Source: a virus
Taxonomy: Duplodnaviria; Caudoviricetes
IMG/VR virus record: IMGVR_UViG_3300032332_000934
Span: 50,967-114,966 of that record
Direction: 5' to 3' (one strand)
DNA length: 64,000 nucleotides
In this document: positions 26,232-36,600 of the stretch, piece after piece
How positions within the stretch are numbered: the first letter of the stretch is position 1
How the letters are laid out: each line of letters begins with the position of its first letter
Translations under genes and position numbers: made by a program
The notes under the pieces: model-generated
Seen by the model: only the letters and a program-made list of their open reading frames with translations
Told to the model about the DNA's origin: nothing
Databases searched by the model: none

Positions 26232-29200
26232 TAGTCTGGTATCTGCTTATCTGAATAATTGTGAGCCATTATACCTTCGGCAAAGTATATGTCCTTACTT
26301 TCAATATTAATAGAAACTGTGTCCACTTCCTCATTAATTAAAATTTTTGAATAGATTTCCACTATTTGGAGATCTTCGTTCATTATCTTGTTACCTAACT
26401 CAAGATCCCTGATGGATACAAATTTCCAAACCCCGTCTTTTTGTGCTGGAACCATATGCTCATAAGTTATTTTAATTGTATCATTAATAATATAGTATTG
26501 TCCATAAGATCTTATAACAACATTTGTAACTACAGCAGTAGTTTTTGTTGTTTCAGATATGTCATCCGATGACCATAGGTGCATATTAGTTATATCAAAC
26601 TCGTTATCCTGAAGTCCTGGGATTTCAGCAGCCATGACCTCATCTCCAATATAAAGATCTTCTATGTTTTTCCAGGTTCCGTCTGACATTTGAATTTGTG
26701 TTCCTACTACGTGGCAGCCTCCGCCTCCGCCAGTATTGACCGTATTTACAGTGTTAACAGTGTTAACATTATTGACAGTATTTACAGTATTGACGGTATT
26801 CACATTGTTTACAGTATTTACGTTGTTTACAGTATTGACTGTATTTACAGTATTAACTGTGTTAATAGTATTAATTGTATTAATAGTATTAATTGTATTG
26901 ATAGTATTAATTGTATTAATTGAATTACATGCTCGATATTCAAATTCATAACCATTTACTTCTCTAGTAGATAGTGTTGCACAGCTTGAATTTATACATG
27001 TTTCAATTGCTGTATAGGAACGTGATCTTGCTTCTTCTCCCTGATAGCATGAACCCCAAGCTGTCCAGGCTCCATATGATTTTGTTCCTACAGTACAGCC
27101 TGCGGTGCAGCAAGCAATGTACTCATATTCTGTTCCATTGACTTCTGTTGTAGTGCTGTTACAACTAGTATCAATATTAGTTTGTATTGCAGTCCAACTT
27201 CTTGATCTAGCACGTTCACCTTGGATACAGGATCCGTAGGCTGTCCATGCACCATAAGTTTTAGTGCCAGTTGTACTACTTGCCGTGCAGCAGCCAGTGT
27301 ACTCAAAATCTGTACCGCTAACTGTTTCAGTTGTATTAGTACAACTTGTTGTAAAGCATGATTGTGTAGCAGTCCAACTCCTCGATCTAGCACGTTCGCC
27401 CTGAATACAGCTACCAAATGCAGTCCATGCGCCATAGGTTTTTGCTCCAGTTGTACAGGACTGAACACAGCATGCTGTATATTCATATTCAGTTCCACTA
27501 ACTTCACTTGCAGAAACTAAATTGCAACTAGTGTCTATACATGTATTTATTGCCGTCCAAGATCTTGATCTTGCACGTTCTCCCTGAATACAGGATCCAT
27601 AGCCTGTCCAGGCTCCGTATGATTTTGCACCTAGCGTACAACCTGCAGTGCAACATGAGGTATATTCATACTCTGTGCCATTTACCTCTTTAGTTGTTGT
27701 TGTGCAGTTAATTGTATTGCTTGTTTCAATAGCAGTCCATGAGCGTGATCTAGCACGTTCACCTTGGATACAAGAACCAAATGCTGTCCAAGCTCCGTAA
27801 GTTTTGATTCCAATTGATGTACTTGCAGAGCAACAATTTTTATACTCAGTATCGTAACCAGTTGTTGTAACATATATAGTTGTGCAGTCCCTTGTTGTTT
27901 GTGTATCAGTTGCTGTCCATGGAATAGTTCTTCCAATTTGTCCAGTATTTAAATTACATGTCCCCCAAGCATTTGGAGTTCCATAAGTTTTAGGTCCAAG
28001 TGAGGAGGTGGGGACACAACAATTTACTTGCTCTGTTTCGCTTCCAGATAACTCAACAGTAGTTATTACACAATTTTTAGAAGTTGTTTTTTGATTTTGA
28101 GTCCATGTTCTTGTTCTATTTCTTTGTGGGTCTGCTGGATATGCTGTACACAGTCCGTATGTCCAATCTGAATAAACTTTAGGTTCTAAAACAACTAATG
28201 GGCAACATAGATTATCAATTTGAGAACATTCTATTGCATAATAAGATCCATTTATAGTTTTATCATATGTTTCTGTAGATTTGGAGCAAAGGCCACCAGT
28301 AACTGTTGATAAACAATACCAAGTTCCTCCAATAATTATACATACTGCACTTGATGTTACATAATCATATGAAACTGCAGTTAAATTTATATTATCTATT
28401 TTAGAAGTTATTGCCGTTAAGCATGAATTAGCTCCAGCAGTTACTCCTGTTACGGTTATCACATCTAAAGACCGAGTTGCCGTTCCGCTTGTTGCAGAAA
28501 CTGTTATATCAAACGTGCTTACTGTACTCCAATTGGTTATATTAACTTTATAACCAGATGAAGTTATATCATATGGCGCTCCTAAAGTTGCAGCAATTCC
28601 ATTTGAAAGTGTTCTAAAGCTCTTGGATATCTTATCGCTTTTATACTTATCATCTTGTCCAGCCAGCGCCGTTACTGAGACAGTATATAATCTATTTTCG
28701 CTTAAACCATAGGGACTAGATGAAGTAGTTGATGTTGAATTTAGCGGGTAACCTCCCAAAGAGTTTGCTGTAATAGAATCAATTAACTCAACCTTATACC
28801 TTTCAGCATTTGTTGAATACCAAGATATATCTGCGGAGCTTTTTGTTCTATTTGATATGGTTATTGTTGGATTTTCTATTTTTCTTGGCGGGGTAAATAC
28901 ATAAGATGCAACTCTTTGAGTTTCAGACATATCCAATAAATGTCCATCCAGCGATAACCCGCTATTATAATAATAATCATTTGCAATGGCATAAACATTA
29001 ATAATATAATCTTCTCCAGAATCAAGCATTGCTTGTGTATAAGTAATTGATGCTGAATATTGATGTGTTGTTGATAAAGATATACTTTGCAGATCCCCAA
29101 TTCTGGTTCCATAAAAATCAGTAAGTTCAACTATTTGCTTTCCAATAAATTCATTTGTCCGAGAAGATGGGAAATATTGACCAGTTGGATAAGTTGATAA

Positions 29201-29911
29201 TGCAGATGTAAGATATTGCCATTTAAGTCCAAATATTTTATTATCTTTATTACTTAATGTTTCATCTTCAACTATTTGATCGCCTGTGCTATATGTATAA
29301 AATTCAAAGTTAAGTTTTGGAAATATACCTGTAGCACTTGGGTACCATGTTGTTGCCAACAAGTAATCTGCCTCAGTTGGGTTTGCATCTATAGCTGCTT
29401 GAACCTGTGCCCTAAATCCTCTTTTGCTTTTAATGTCATCGAGTGTTATTACTGGTCTATTTGCAGGTAGCTTAGGAACCTCATCTAAATAATCTGAATC
29501 CTGATAGGTTGTATACTGGAGCTCTTCACTAATTAATGTTGTTGGAGCATCCCAATTTGTAATTATAGACTTTTGTATTTTAATTAAAAATGATAGCGGA
29601 TCTTCATACCACTTACCTCTTGTAACATACATTTTATCTTGCTGACTACATTCATATTTTGATTCGATTGAGCTTGTAGATACAAAAATTAATTGTGGAT
29701 TTATTTTTGGATAAGGAAAAGCTGCGCCAAAAATTCTTTCCCATATTCCGCTTGGGTTAAGTCGCCACATGCTTTTAATTTTAATCCAGCCGCCAACTGC
29801 GCCGCTAGTTTGTGTTGGTGAAGCTTTTCTCCAGATGCTTTTCATTTTAATCCAGCCGCCAACATTATGAGCGCCAGTATCTCCTGGTGAAGCTTTTCTC
29901 CAAACAGACAT
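26231..29911 (-). CDS. Large virion fibre/adhesin-like protein: Fn3 + 7 TSP1-like Cys repeats + ([IV]N[TN])21 + C-terminal Hint domain
   Basis: Fn3 (SADISW...Y.V...LSENRLYTVSVTA), YGAWTAFGSC..GERARSRSW repeats, GGGGG-CHVVGT...IEDL.IGDEV...AHN. Confidence 0.8.
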   Translation of the reverse strand: MSVWRKASPGDTGAHNVGGWIKMKSIWRKASPTQTSGAVGGWIKIKSMWRLNPSGIWERIFGAAFPYPKINPQLIFVSTSSIESKYECSQQDKMYVTRGKWYEDPLSFLIKIQKSIITNWDAPTTLISEELQYTTYQDSDYLDEVPKLPANRPVITLDDIKSKRGFRAQVQAAIDANPTEADYLLATTWYPSATGIFPKLNFEFYTYSTGDQIVEDETLSNKDNKIFGLKWQYLTSALSTYPTGQYFPSSRTNEFIGKQIVELTDFYGTRIGDLQSISLSTTHQYSASITYTQAMLDSGEDYIINVYAIANDYYYNSGLSLDGHLLDMSETQRVASYVFTPPRKIENPTITISNRTKSSADISWYSTNAERYKVELIDSITANSLGGYPLNSTSTTSSSPYGLSENRLYTVSVTALAGQDDKYKSDKISKSFRTLSNGIAATLGAPYDITSSGYKVNITNWSTVSTFDITVSATSGTATRSLDVITVTGVTAGANSCLTAITSKIDNINLTAVSYDYVTSSAVCIIIGGTWYCLSTVTGGLCSKSTETYDKTINGSYYAIECSQIDNLCCPLVVLEPKVYSDWTYGLCTAYPADPQRNRTRTWTQNQKTTSKNCVITTVELSGSETEQVNCCVPTSSLGPKTYGTPNAWGTCNLNTGQIGRTIPWTATDTQTTRDCTTIYVTTTGYDTEYKNCCSASTSIGIKTYGAWTAFGSCIQGERARSRSWTAIETSNTINCTTTTKEVNGTEYEYTSCCTAGCTLGAKSYGAWTGYGSCIQGERARSRSWTAINTCIDTSCNLVSASEVSGTEYEYTACCVQSCTTGAKTYGAWTAFGSCIQGERARSRSWTATQSCFTTSCTNTTETVSGTDFEYTGCCTASSTTGTKTYGAWTAYGSCIQGERARSRSWTAIQTNIDTSCNSTTTEVNGTEYEYIACCTAGCTVGTKSYGAWTAWGSCYQGEEARSRSYTAIETCINSSCATLSTREVNGYEFEYRACNSINTINTINTINTINTINTINTVNTVNTVNTVNNVNTVNNVNTVNTVNTVNNVNTVNTVNTVNTGGGGGCHVVGTQIQMSDGTWKNIEDLYIGDEVMAAEIPGLQDNEFDITNMHLWSSDDISETTKTTAVVTNVVIRSYGQYYIINDTIKITYEHMVPAQKDGVWKFVSIRDLELGNKIMNEDLQIVEIYSKILINEEVDTVSINIESKDIYFAEGIMAHNYSDKQIPD
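26258..26716 (-). other. Hint (bacterial intein-like) autoprocessing domain
   Basis: C1 in CHVVGT, block B ITYEH, terminal HN followed by Tyr. Confidence 0.85.
26732..26920 (-). repeat. Tripeptide repeat (INT)7 then (VN[T/N])14
   Basis: 21 degenerate 9-bp units with varied synonymous codons. Confidence 0.95.
26927..28210 (-). repeat. Seven ~60-aa (~180 bp) TSP1-like Cys-rich repeats
   Basis: K[TS]YGAWT..GSC.QGE.ARSRSWTA...GTEYEY..CC repeated; first two copies diverged. Confidence 0.9.
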
Positions 29912-32406
29912 TATGCTTTCCTACTTAAATAAATATCTCCGCCTAAAGCATAGGAATCTAAAAAATCAAGTTGCGATGCAAGTCTGTCTTGTGGGTGATA
30001 ATTTCCACCATAATAAAAAACTCTTCCACCATTTAAATATCCAGTGGATCTTGAAACAGTCACAGTCTGATCTCCCCAAACGCTATCTCCATCGGTTGGT
30101 AGTCTACTACCAGGGGATACCAATTGCAAGCCACCAGTTACTGCATTTGCACCAATAAGGTTAATATTAAATGTTGATCCGTCAAATGTAAGTTTGCCAT
30201 CTGCAAGGCTAAAGCTTCCATATGGCTTTGTTGTATTGCCAATTGTTGTGCTTTTACCTAACAAGTAATCATTTGAAAAGCTTTTGCCTGATCCTAAAAA
30301 TACATTGGATGCAATTAAATCTGTTTTAACTTTAAAATCAGTTCCATCGTATGTTAAATCTCCATTAGCTAGCCTGAAGTTTCCAGATGAAGATATATAA
30401 TCAACATTACCTGGATTTCCGCTTCCTTCTCCAGGATAGGCTGTTGTCCAATCAGATGGGCTCATAAAATAATGATTTGAGCCAACAATGTTTCCGCCTA
30501 TTATTGAGCCTTGTAAGCCATCTAGTGTGACTTGTGATGTTAAATTTGTAGATACTATTTTTGCAGAATCAATTGTCCATCCATCTGAAACCTTATATCC
30601 AGTTGCAGTAGTTGCATCTGATACAAGTATTCCAAAGCCACCTTCTCCAGCTTGAACCATTCCTTTAAGAACGGCGTCCTTGGCAATCATCTTTCCTGCG
30701 TATGTAACTGAGAAATTAGGACTTACTGTTCTAGATCCTCCAGCCCAAATTGCAACATCTGAGGGAGTTGTTGTGGCAAAGAAACCTACGTTGCCAGCCT
30801 TGTTAATTGATGTATCGTCAATTGTCCATCCCGCTATTGTTCCTTTATTAGCAATAATTCCATTTACTGTATCTAACTGAAATAGTTTTCCAACTGAGTC
30901 CGTACCCTGGATTCCAACACCAATTTTTGCTCCAGCAGTATTAGTTAGTTTTCCTATTTCAAATTTTCCAGAAGATGTTGTGACTCTGAGTTGTCCGTCT
31001 ACTAGTGCTGTTCCTATGTCAACAGATCCAGTAAATGCTCCAGCGTTAGCATTTATTTTTCCAGTTATTTCTAAATTAGTTCCATTCCAATAAAGCCAAT
31101 CGCTAACTCCGCCAACTTTAAATCTAGCTGCAGAAGAAACGCTTGTGTTTCCAGTAACATACCAATAATTTTCTGGCGCTATATACAGACCTTTATTTGA
31201 GTTGTCTCCACCAATTCCATATCCAAGCTTCATGTCTCCTGCAGATATTGCAACATCTGTCTTTAATGATGTGTTGGATGGAATTACTATGTTTGGATAT
31301 TGTTTATATACAGAGTTATCGTTCCCATAAACATCATATGTTGTTACGGCTATTTGATAAGTTTGACCAGCTTTTAATCCATACAAATATGTTGATACTG
31401 TAGCTCTTCCTGGAACAGACATGTATGTGTAATTAGAATCAGAAGCAGTCTTGTATCTTATTCTGTACCCAGAGGTTGAAGTATCTGTATTTTGCGTCCA
31501 GGTAAATAAAATCTTTTTGTCAAAGTTAAAGAGTCCGTTAGAGTCATCTTCAACGGTTGTAGATCCTAAATCAAAATTATTTTCTGGTGGTAGATCGTCA
31601 AAAACAATAGGGTCATAAGCTTTACCCTCTTTAATGTCTGAGTTTAGAGATTCGCATTCAGAATAGGATAGGTGATTAAGCTTTACATAAACCGTAGCTA
31701 ATGTATCTAATATTATTGACGCTGGGCCAATTCCTGTATATCTAAGCTCCCAATTATAAGGACTAGGTGTTTCTGAAACATATACCCTGGTTTCTCTATA
31801 AGTTCCGTATCCAGTTGCGCTATCCTGCCAAGAAACAAGTATGCCGTTGCTTTGGCTAACAACATTCCATGAGGCTGCTAGTGTTGTATGAGAACATACT
31901 GGGTCTACATATTCTGCAACTGTTACTGGACATTCATCTGAGCTTCCATCTCCATAAACGCTTTGGATAGAAAAAGATGTAAATGATTTTCTAAACACTC
32001 CTCCAAATTGAAATATGTTGTTTTCTCTTGTTAATACCCACGAGTAGTTTAAAGAAGATCCAGAAGCTGAAACAAGGTGGGACCTTCTGTACCCACCAGC
32101 TGTAAGAGTAATTACATAATTTTTTACACGATTATCATTTTTTTGCCAGCTTACATTTAATCCAGCTTTTGCATCCCATGAAGCAACAACATTTATTGGG
32201 CATACTCTTGATGGGCCAACCGTTCTGAAATTAAATCTATCTGAGAATTCGCTAGAACCTAATGACTTGTCACTGTATATCCAAGCAACCTGAAGTGCGT
32301 AATCAGTATCACAGTCTAAATCTGGGATTACGACATCCCAGTAATCACCATCTTGTTTTTGTGTGATACCTAGATCTGGATACTGTTCAGACATGCTACT
32401 CGCCAA
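29911..32406 (-). CDS. Tail protein with Fn3 domains and beta-helical repeats
   Basis: Fn3 (FTW...GYRIRYK...GLKAGQTYQIAV), GTIAGWTI repeats, ends GDIYL. Confidence 0.7.
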   Translation of the reverse strand: MASSMSEQYPDLGITQKQDGDYWDVVIPDLDCDTDYALQVAWIYSDKSLGSSEFSDRFNFRTVGPSRVCPINVVASWDAKAGLNVSWQKNDNRVKNYVITLTAGGYRRSHLVSASGSSLNYSWVLTRENNIFQFGGVFRKSFTSFSIQSVYGDGSSDECPVTVAEYVDPVCSHTTLAASWNVVSQSNGILVSWQDSATGYGTYRETRVYVSETPSPYNWELRYTGIGPASIILDTLATVYVKLNHLSYSECESLNSDIKEGKAYDPIVFDDLPPENNFDLGSTTVEDDSNGLFNFDKKILFTWTQNTDTSTSGYRIRYKTASDSNYTYMSVPGRATVSTYLYGLKAGQTYQIAVTTYDVYGNDNSVYKQYPNIVIPSNTSLKTDVAISAGDMKLGYGIGGDNSNKGLYIAPENYWYVTGNTSVSSAARFKVGGVSDWLYWNGTNLEITGKINANAGAFTGSVDIGTALVDGQLRVTTSSGKFEIGKLTNTAGAKIGVGIQGTDSVGKLFQLDTVNGIIANKGTIAGWTIDDTSINKAGNVGFFATTTPSDVAIWAGGSRTVSPNFSVTYAGKMIAKDAVLKGMVQAGEGGFGILVSDATTATGYKVSDGWTIDSAKIVSTNLTSQVTLDGLQGSIIGGNIVGSNHYFMSPSDWTTAYPGEGSGNPGNVDYISSSGNFRLANGDLTYDGTDFKVKTDLIASNVFLGSGKSFSNDYLLGKSTTIGNTTKPYGSFSLADGKLTFDGSTFNINLIGANAVTGGLQLVSPGSRLPTDGDSVWGDQTVTVSRSTGYLNGGRVFYYGGNYHPQDRLASQLDFLDSYALGGDIYLSRKA

Positions 32407-33256
32407 ACGATAGGTCTAGTTTAAATTCTATTGCTGATTCTCTTCCAATTACTTTGACCATTGTTGAGTCTAGTAAAGACCTAGCTATTAAACCGTACTC
32501 TGGATCAAATGTGTCTTCATCATTAATTCTCAATCCATCCATAGATACAGATGTTTGAGAAGATGTGGGTGTGACAACAATACCTAGCTTTGTAACGCTT
32601 TGAGCGTTAAATGTTCCTGTTGAAACTCCAGCAGACATTGGCAAGGACTTTACATTATATCCTACAGCATGTCCAGTAAATGTAAATTGTAGATAATCAG
32701 AATCAGAACTATATAATCTAACTTTTAATGATGCTAAATTTGCATCATTTGCTTTGTATGAAAAACATATTGTGTCTGAAGGATTGTAACCAGATATATC
32801 TAGATTTCCTAATTGGTATGTGTATTCTTTTAAGGATGCTCCGTTTGATGTGAATATTAAAGAGCTATCTCCAACTCTATAGTTAGCTTGATCTAATGTT
32901 GGTTCTGGACTCCATTCATATGGAAGCTCAAAATTAGATATGAACTTACTCTGGTACAAGTTTCTTGAATAAGATTCTCCAGAGTATATTCCAATTTCAT
33001 TAATCTTTCCAGCTATGTTTGTTGGTAATGTAGCTGAGAATATAACTGTATATGTTGTAGGTGAAGATGTAGCATCTATATCTATCCCGCCCTGCCTAAT
33101 TGGAACTCTATAAAACTCAAATCCCAATCTTGAATTAGTATTTGCTAAAGCGTACTCTGTGCCTGTTGCAATTCCCAAAGCCATCTCTTTTGAAGAGAAT
33201 GAGGAGTTGCCTGCAATAAAATTAGCTAGGAATCTTTTTCCAAACTTAGTTATCAT
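32396..33256 (-). CDS. Minor tail/baseplate protein
   Basis: MITKFGKRF, LGFEFYR, INEIGIY motifs; position in tail block. Confidence 0.6.
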   Translation of the reverse strand: MITKFGKRFLANFIAGNSSFSSKEMALGIATGTEYALANTNSRLGFEFYRVPIRQGGIDIDATSSPTTYTVIFSATLPTNIAGKINEIGIYSGESYSRNLYQSKFISNFELPYEWSPEPTLDQANYRVGDSSLIFTSNGASLKEYTYQLGNLDISGYNPSDTICFSYKANDANLASLKVRLYSSDSDYLQFTFTGHAVGYNVKSLPMSAGVSTGTFNAQSVTKLGIVVTPTSSQTSVSMDGLRINDEDTFDPEYGLIARSLLDSTMVKVIGRESAIEFKLDLSFGE

Positions 33257-33591
33257 GCTCTTCCCCCTTGTGAATCAGATATTGTTACTGCATATAAGAA
33301 CCCATCAATTTGCTCTTCGCTTGAGTTATAGATTCTAAACTTTGCTTTTGCTCTTTGCATTCCAGAAGCATCTTCATAAAGCTCAAACCCTTTTAATACA
33401 ATATCGCTAAGCTGTGGTCTTTTGCCTTTCTTATCGTCACCGTCATCTCCACCACCACCATTATTTGTTGTTGATGTAAAAGGAAAAGATCCAGCAATAG
33501 TTTTTGTGGCTCCAGTTTCACCCTTCCATACTGCGGCAAGGCGTGGGTCATCGTCAAGTATTACGGCTACTTTTCCTGCTTCAATTCCCAT
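33253..33591 (-). CDS. Hypothetical tail-region protein
   Basis: Leaderless TGGTATAAT promoter (33598-33606) 6 nt upstream. Confidence 0.65.
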   Translation of the reverse strand: MGIEAGKVAVILDDDPRLAAVWKGETGATKTIAGSFPFTSTTNNGGGGDDGDDKKGKRPQLSDIVLKGFELYEDASGMQRAKAKFRIYNSSEEQIDGFLYAVTISDSQGGRA

Positions 33592-33614
33592 TTATTTATT
33601 ATACCATTACGTTA

Positions 33615-36600
33615 TTAGATAGCTCTACACGAAATTTCGGTACGTACCCCTTCCGCATAGTCAAGGGTGCACCTTGTGACTATATATTTATTTGAGCTTT
33701 CTGTTAATCCCAATATTGGGTAGTTTATCTTAACAATGTCCCCAGCTGATATTAAAGGGTTTCCAAAGACAGACATACTTATAGACTTTCCCTTATTAAG
33801 AATATTGGACTTTATCCATTCAGCTAAAAGTTTAGCATCCTCTTCTGACTGTATCCATGAAGATTCAAATATGACAGATTCTTTATTTTCTGAATCTGTT
33901 GATTGATCTGTATCGTAATCTATTACACCAGATCTTTGGATTGAATTTCCTAATACATAAAAGCTTGTATTATTGCTATCATCTAAAATAATAGTTGTAG
34001 AAGTATTATTTAAAACATAGCTTTCTGCTCCAAATGGTTGGAGTCTTTGATCTAATATTGTTGCATATTTATTTAATGATGTTCTAAATTGAATAGGTAT
34101 GGCTGGCCTATCATCATATTGAATTTTTGTTTTTCTAATTTCTCTTGCAGTGGTTCCAAACTCAAATAGGGCTCCACTTTGATCTGCTGTGGTTCCTCCA
34201 TCATTATAAATTAAATCTCCATAAAGCATAGATAGGGTATCATCTGCATATACTCCACTATGCTGATAAGATTGAGTTAAATTATTTGTATTGTATACTG
34301 CTTCATTAATGCTTTTTGCATATAAATACTCAAAATATGCTATTCCCTGCCCGCAATGCAATCCTACATTTTTTGTTATTGCAGTTGGTGGAATATATGT
34401 ATTTGTGGAATCATCACCTGCATCAACTGCAGTTATTTTAAATCCATTAATAAAAACAGTGATTGTATTTTTAAATATATTTCCAGATAACGATTCTCTT
34501 TTTACAAGCACATCTACATTATATGAGCTTCCAGCATAAATTCCAGATAATGTTTTTGTAGAAGTTTGCTGGCTGTCTTTTAATACCTTAAGCTTATTGT
34601 CTTTAACTTTTATAACCATTATATCTTTTTGAAGTCCAGAAAATGCTGTTGTTCTTATTAGAACATAGTATCCATTTTTACCAGTTGAATCTAAGCAAAA
34701 TCCAATTCCTCCAACTTGTTCTGGACTATTAACTTGACTATCAAAAAACATTCTAGTTCCATAGGCTACATAGGGGTTATCTATTTCAATAGAATTAAAT
34801 GATTTTAAAGCAATATCAAATGTTTTTTTGTCAGTATCTAAATTTGAAACAGCTAAATAACTTTTTGATATTGTTTCTCCTGTTGCGCTTGCTGGGGTAC
34901 TTAATTTTCCAACTCCAGGTTTTAATTTAGCAGTATCTGGTGTTGCAAGAATAATGTTGTACAAATTAAATTTATTTGAATCAGATTCTCCAGATTGATT
35001 AACATAAGAATCTAAAGTTTTTTTATGATCTGTTTTAGATGTACTTAGGGCACCCCTAGTTTTAATATTATATTCTCCAGTTGGATAAAAATTTTTATAG
35101 CCAGTCTTTGCTAAGGCTGAGTATTTCCATATATCTGATTGATTTTTAATAAGGACTCTAGTTGGAACACCAGTTGAAGATGGAACATATTGGTACCATA
35201 ATCCCTCATACTCAATAATTTCACCATTGACTAAAACATATCCGCTAAATTCACCTAAAACTTTATCAGTTCTTGCAGAGTTTATTGTATTTGGATTTAG
35301 CTGAAATATTGTGCTTGAATCCGATATGTCAGTTGCAAGCGATCCAGCCCCTAAAAATGATTCGCTTGATTTCCATAATGGAGAAGAAGACTGTTGATTT
35401 GTTGATACAAAAGCTGTCGAATATCTTACTCTTACTTGATTTGCAGAAAATAACTCTTCTGCATCTAAACTTATAATATTTGGAGAATATGATATTACTG
35501 ATCCAGTTTTTATTTCTTCACTAGTAAATGTCCATGCAGCATCAATAGTATTATCATAAATGTAATTTCTAGTATAAAAATTTAATACATTATATTCATC
35601 TACAAAAGCATTCATTTGAATATCTCTGCATAACTCCTGAAGAACATCCCAAACTGTTTTATCTCCATCAGACCACCAATAAGTAAGTGAAGGTATAGAG
35701 TTATCATCTACTATCCCATTAGTCTTTTTAACATTAATTCGATAATTAGAAAATCCAATTGAGTCTAATATTCTTTTAATAGTTGCAGTTACTGGTGAAT
35801 CTTGTATTAATAATTGTGGGCATAGGGTATCCTGCAAAATTTTTGCTGCGTCTGTTGCCTCAATATTAGCTTCTCCAAATTCAGACAAAGTCCAGGAATT
35901 TACATAGAATGTTCCCTGTATTGCTTTTTCTGAAGTTATTCCATCTCCAATATTTATATATGGTTTAACCATAACATTTTTAAACAGATATATCTTTGTA
36001 TTATCAATAACGGATTTGCGGTCATACTCAATAATAGATTTGGAAGTTGTATGTGGTTTCATAATAGACATACTTAAATAGTTTGCTGTAATTATTCCTA
36101 CTGGAACAATAGATGTGCTATCAGAAGTAGTTTCTTTATTAACACGAAAACTTATTATATCTGAATCAATTGGAAGAACCCATCTTGGGCTAAATTCAAT
36201 AACTCCAATTAGCTTTCCTGTATTTGAATTAACTGCCTGCAAGGATACCTTTTTAAAGTATTGAGTTGTTGTGTATGTACTAGGTTCTGTTGTTGACCAT
36301 GTAGTACCATTATAATGTATTATTGCTTCCCCACTTGAATTGAGCGTAGTGCCAGATGCAGATACAGTAGTGTTGTCTTCTTTGACTGCAGTGATAGTCC
36401 ATGAAGTTGGTGTGTCGTGGCTAGTCTCAAATCTTGCTAATATTTTATTTGCTGGGATTAACTTGTTTATAGTCTTAGCCTCATCAGAAAAATACTCTAG
36501 AGAAATGTCAATATTGGTATTTTTTGGAGCGAGCCAATATTTATAAACCATATCTGGGCCAGGATAATAAAGTCTTGGTTTTGTTCCAGGATCAATATCC

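Noticed and set aside
26258-26716. Canonical mobile intein
   Set aside because: C-terminal position, no homing endonuclease, +1 residue is Tyr
26690-27936. Alternative-frame ORFs (26690+, 26736+, 27088-, 27682-)
   Set aside because: Shadows of the repetitive coding sequence
26927-28210. Repeats as template/variable regions of a diversity-generating retroelement
   Set aside because: No reverse transcriptase in the window, and differences between copies are not adenine-specific
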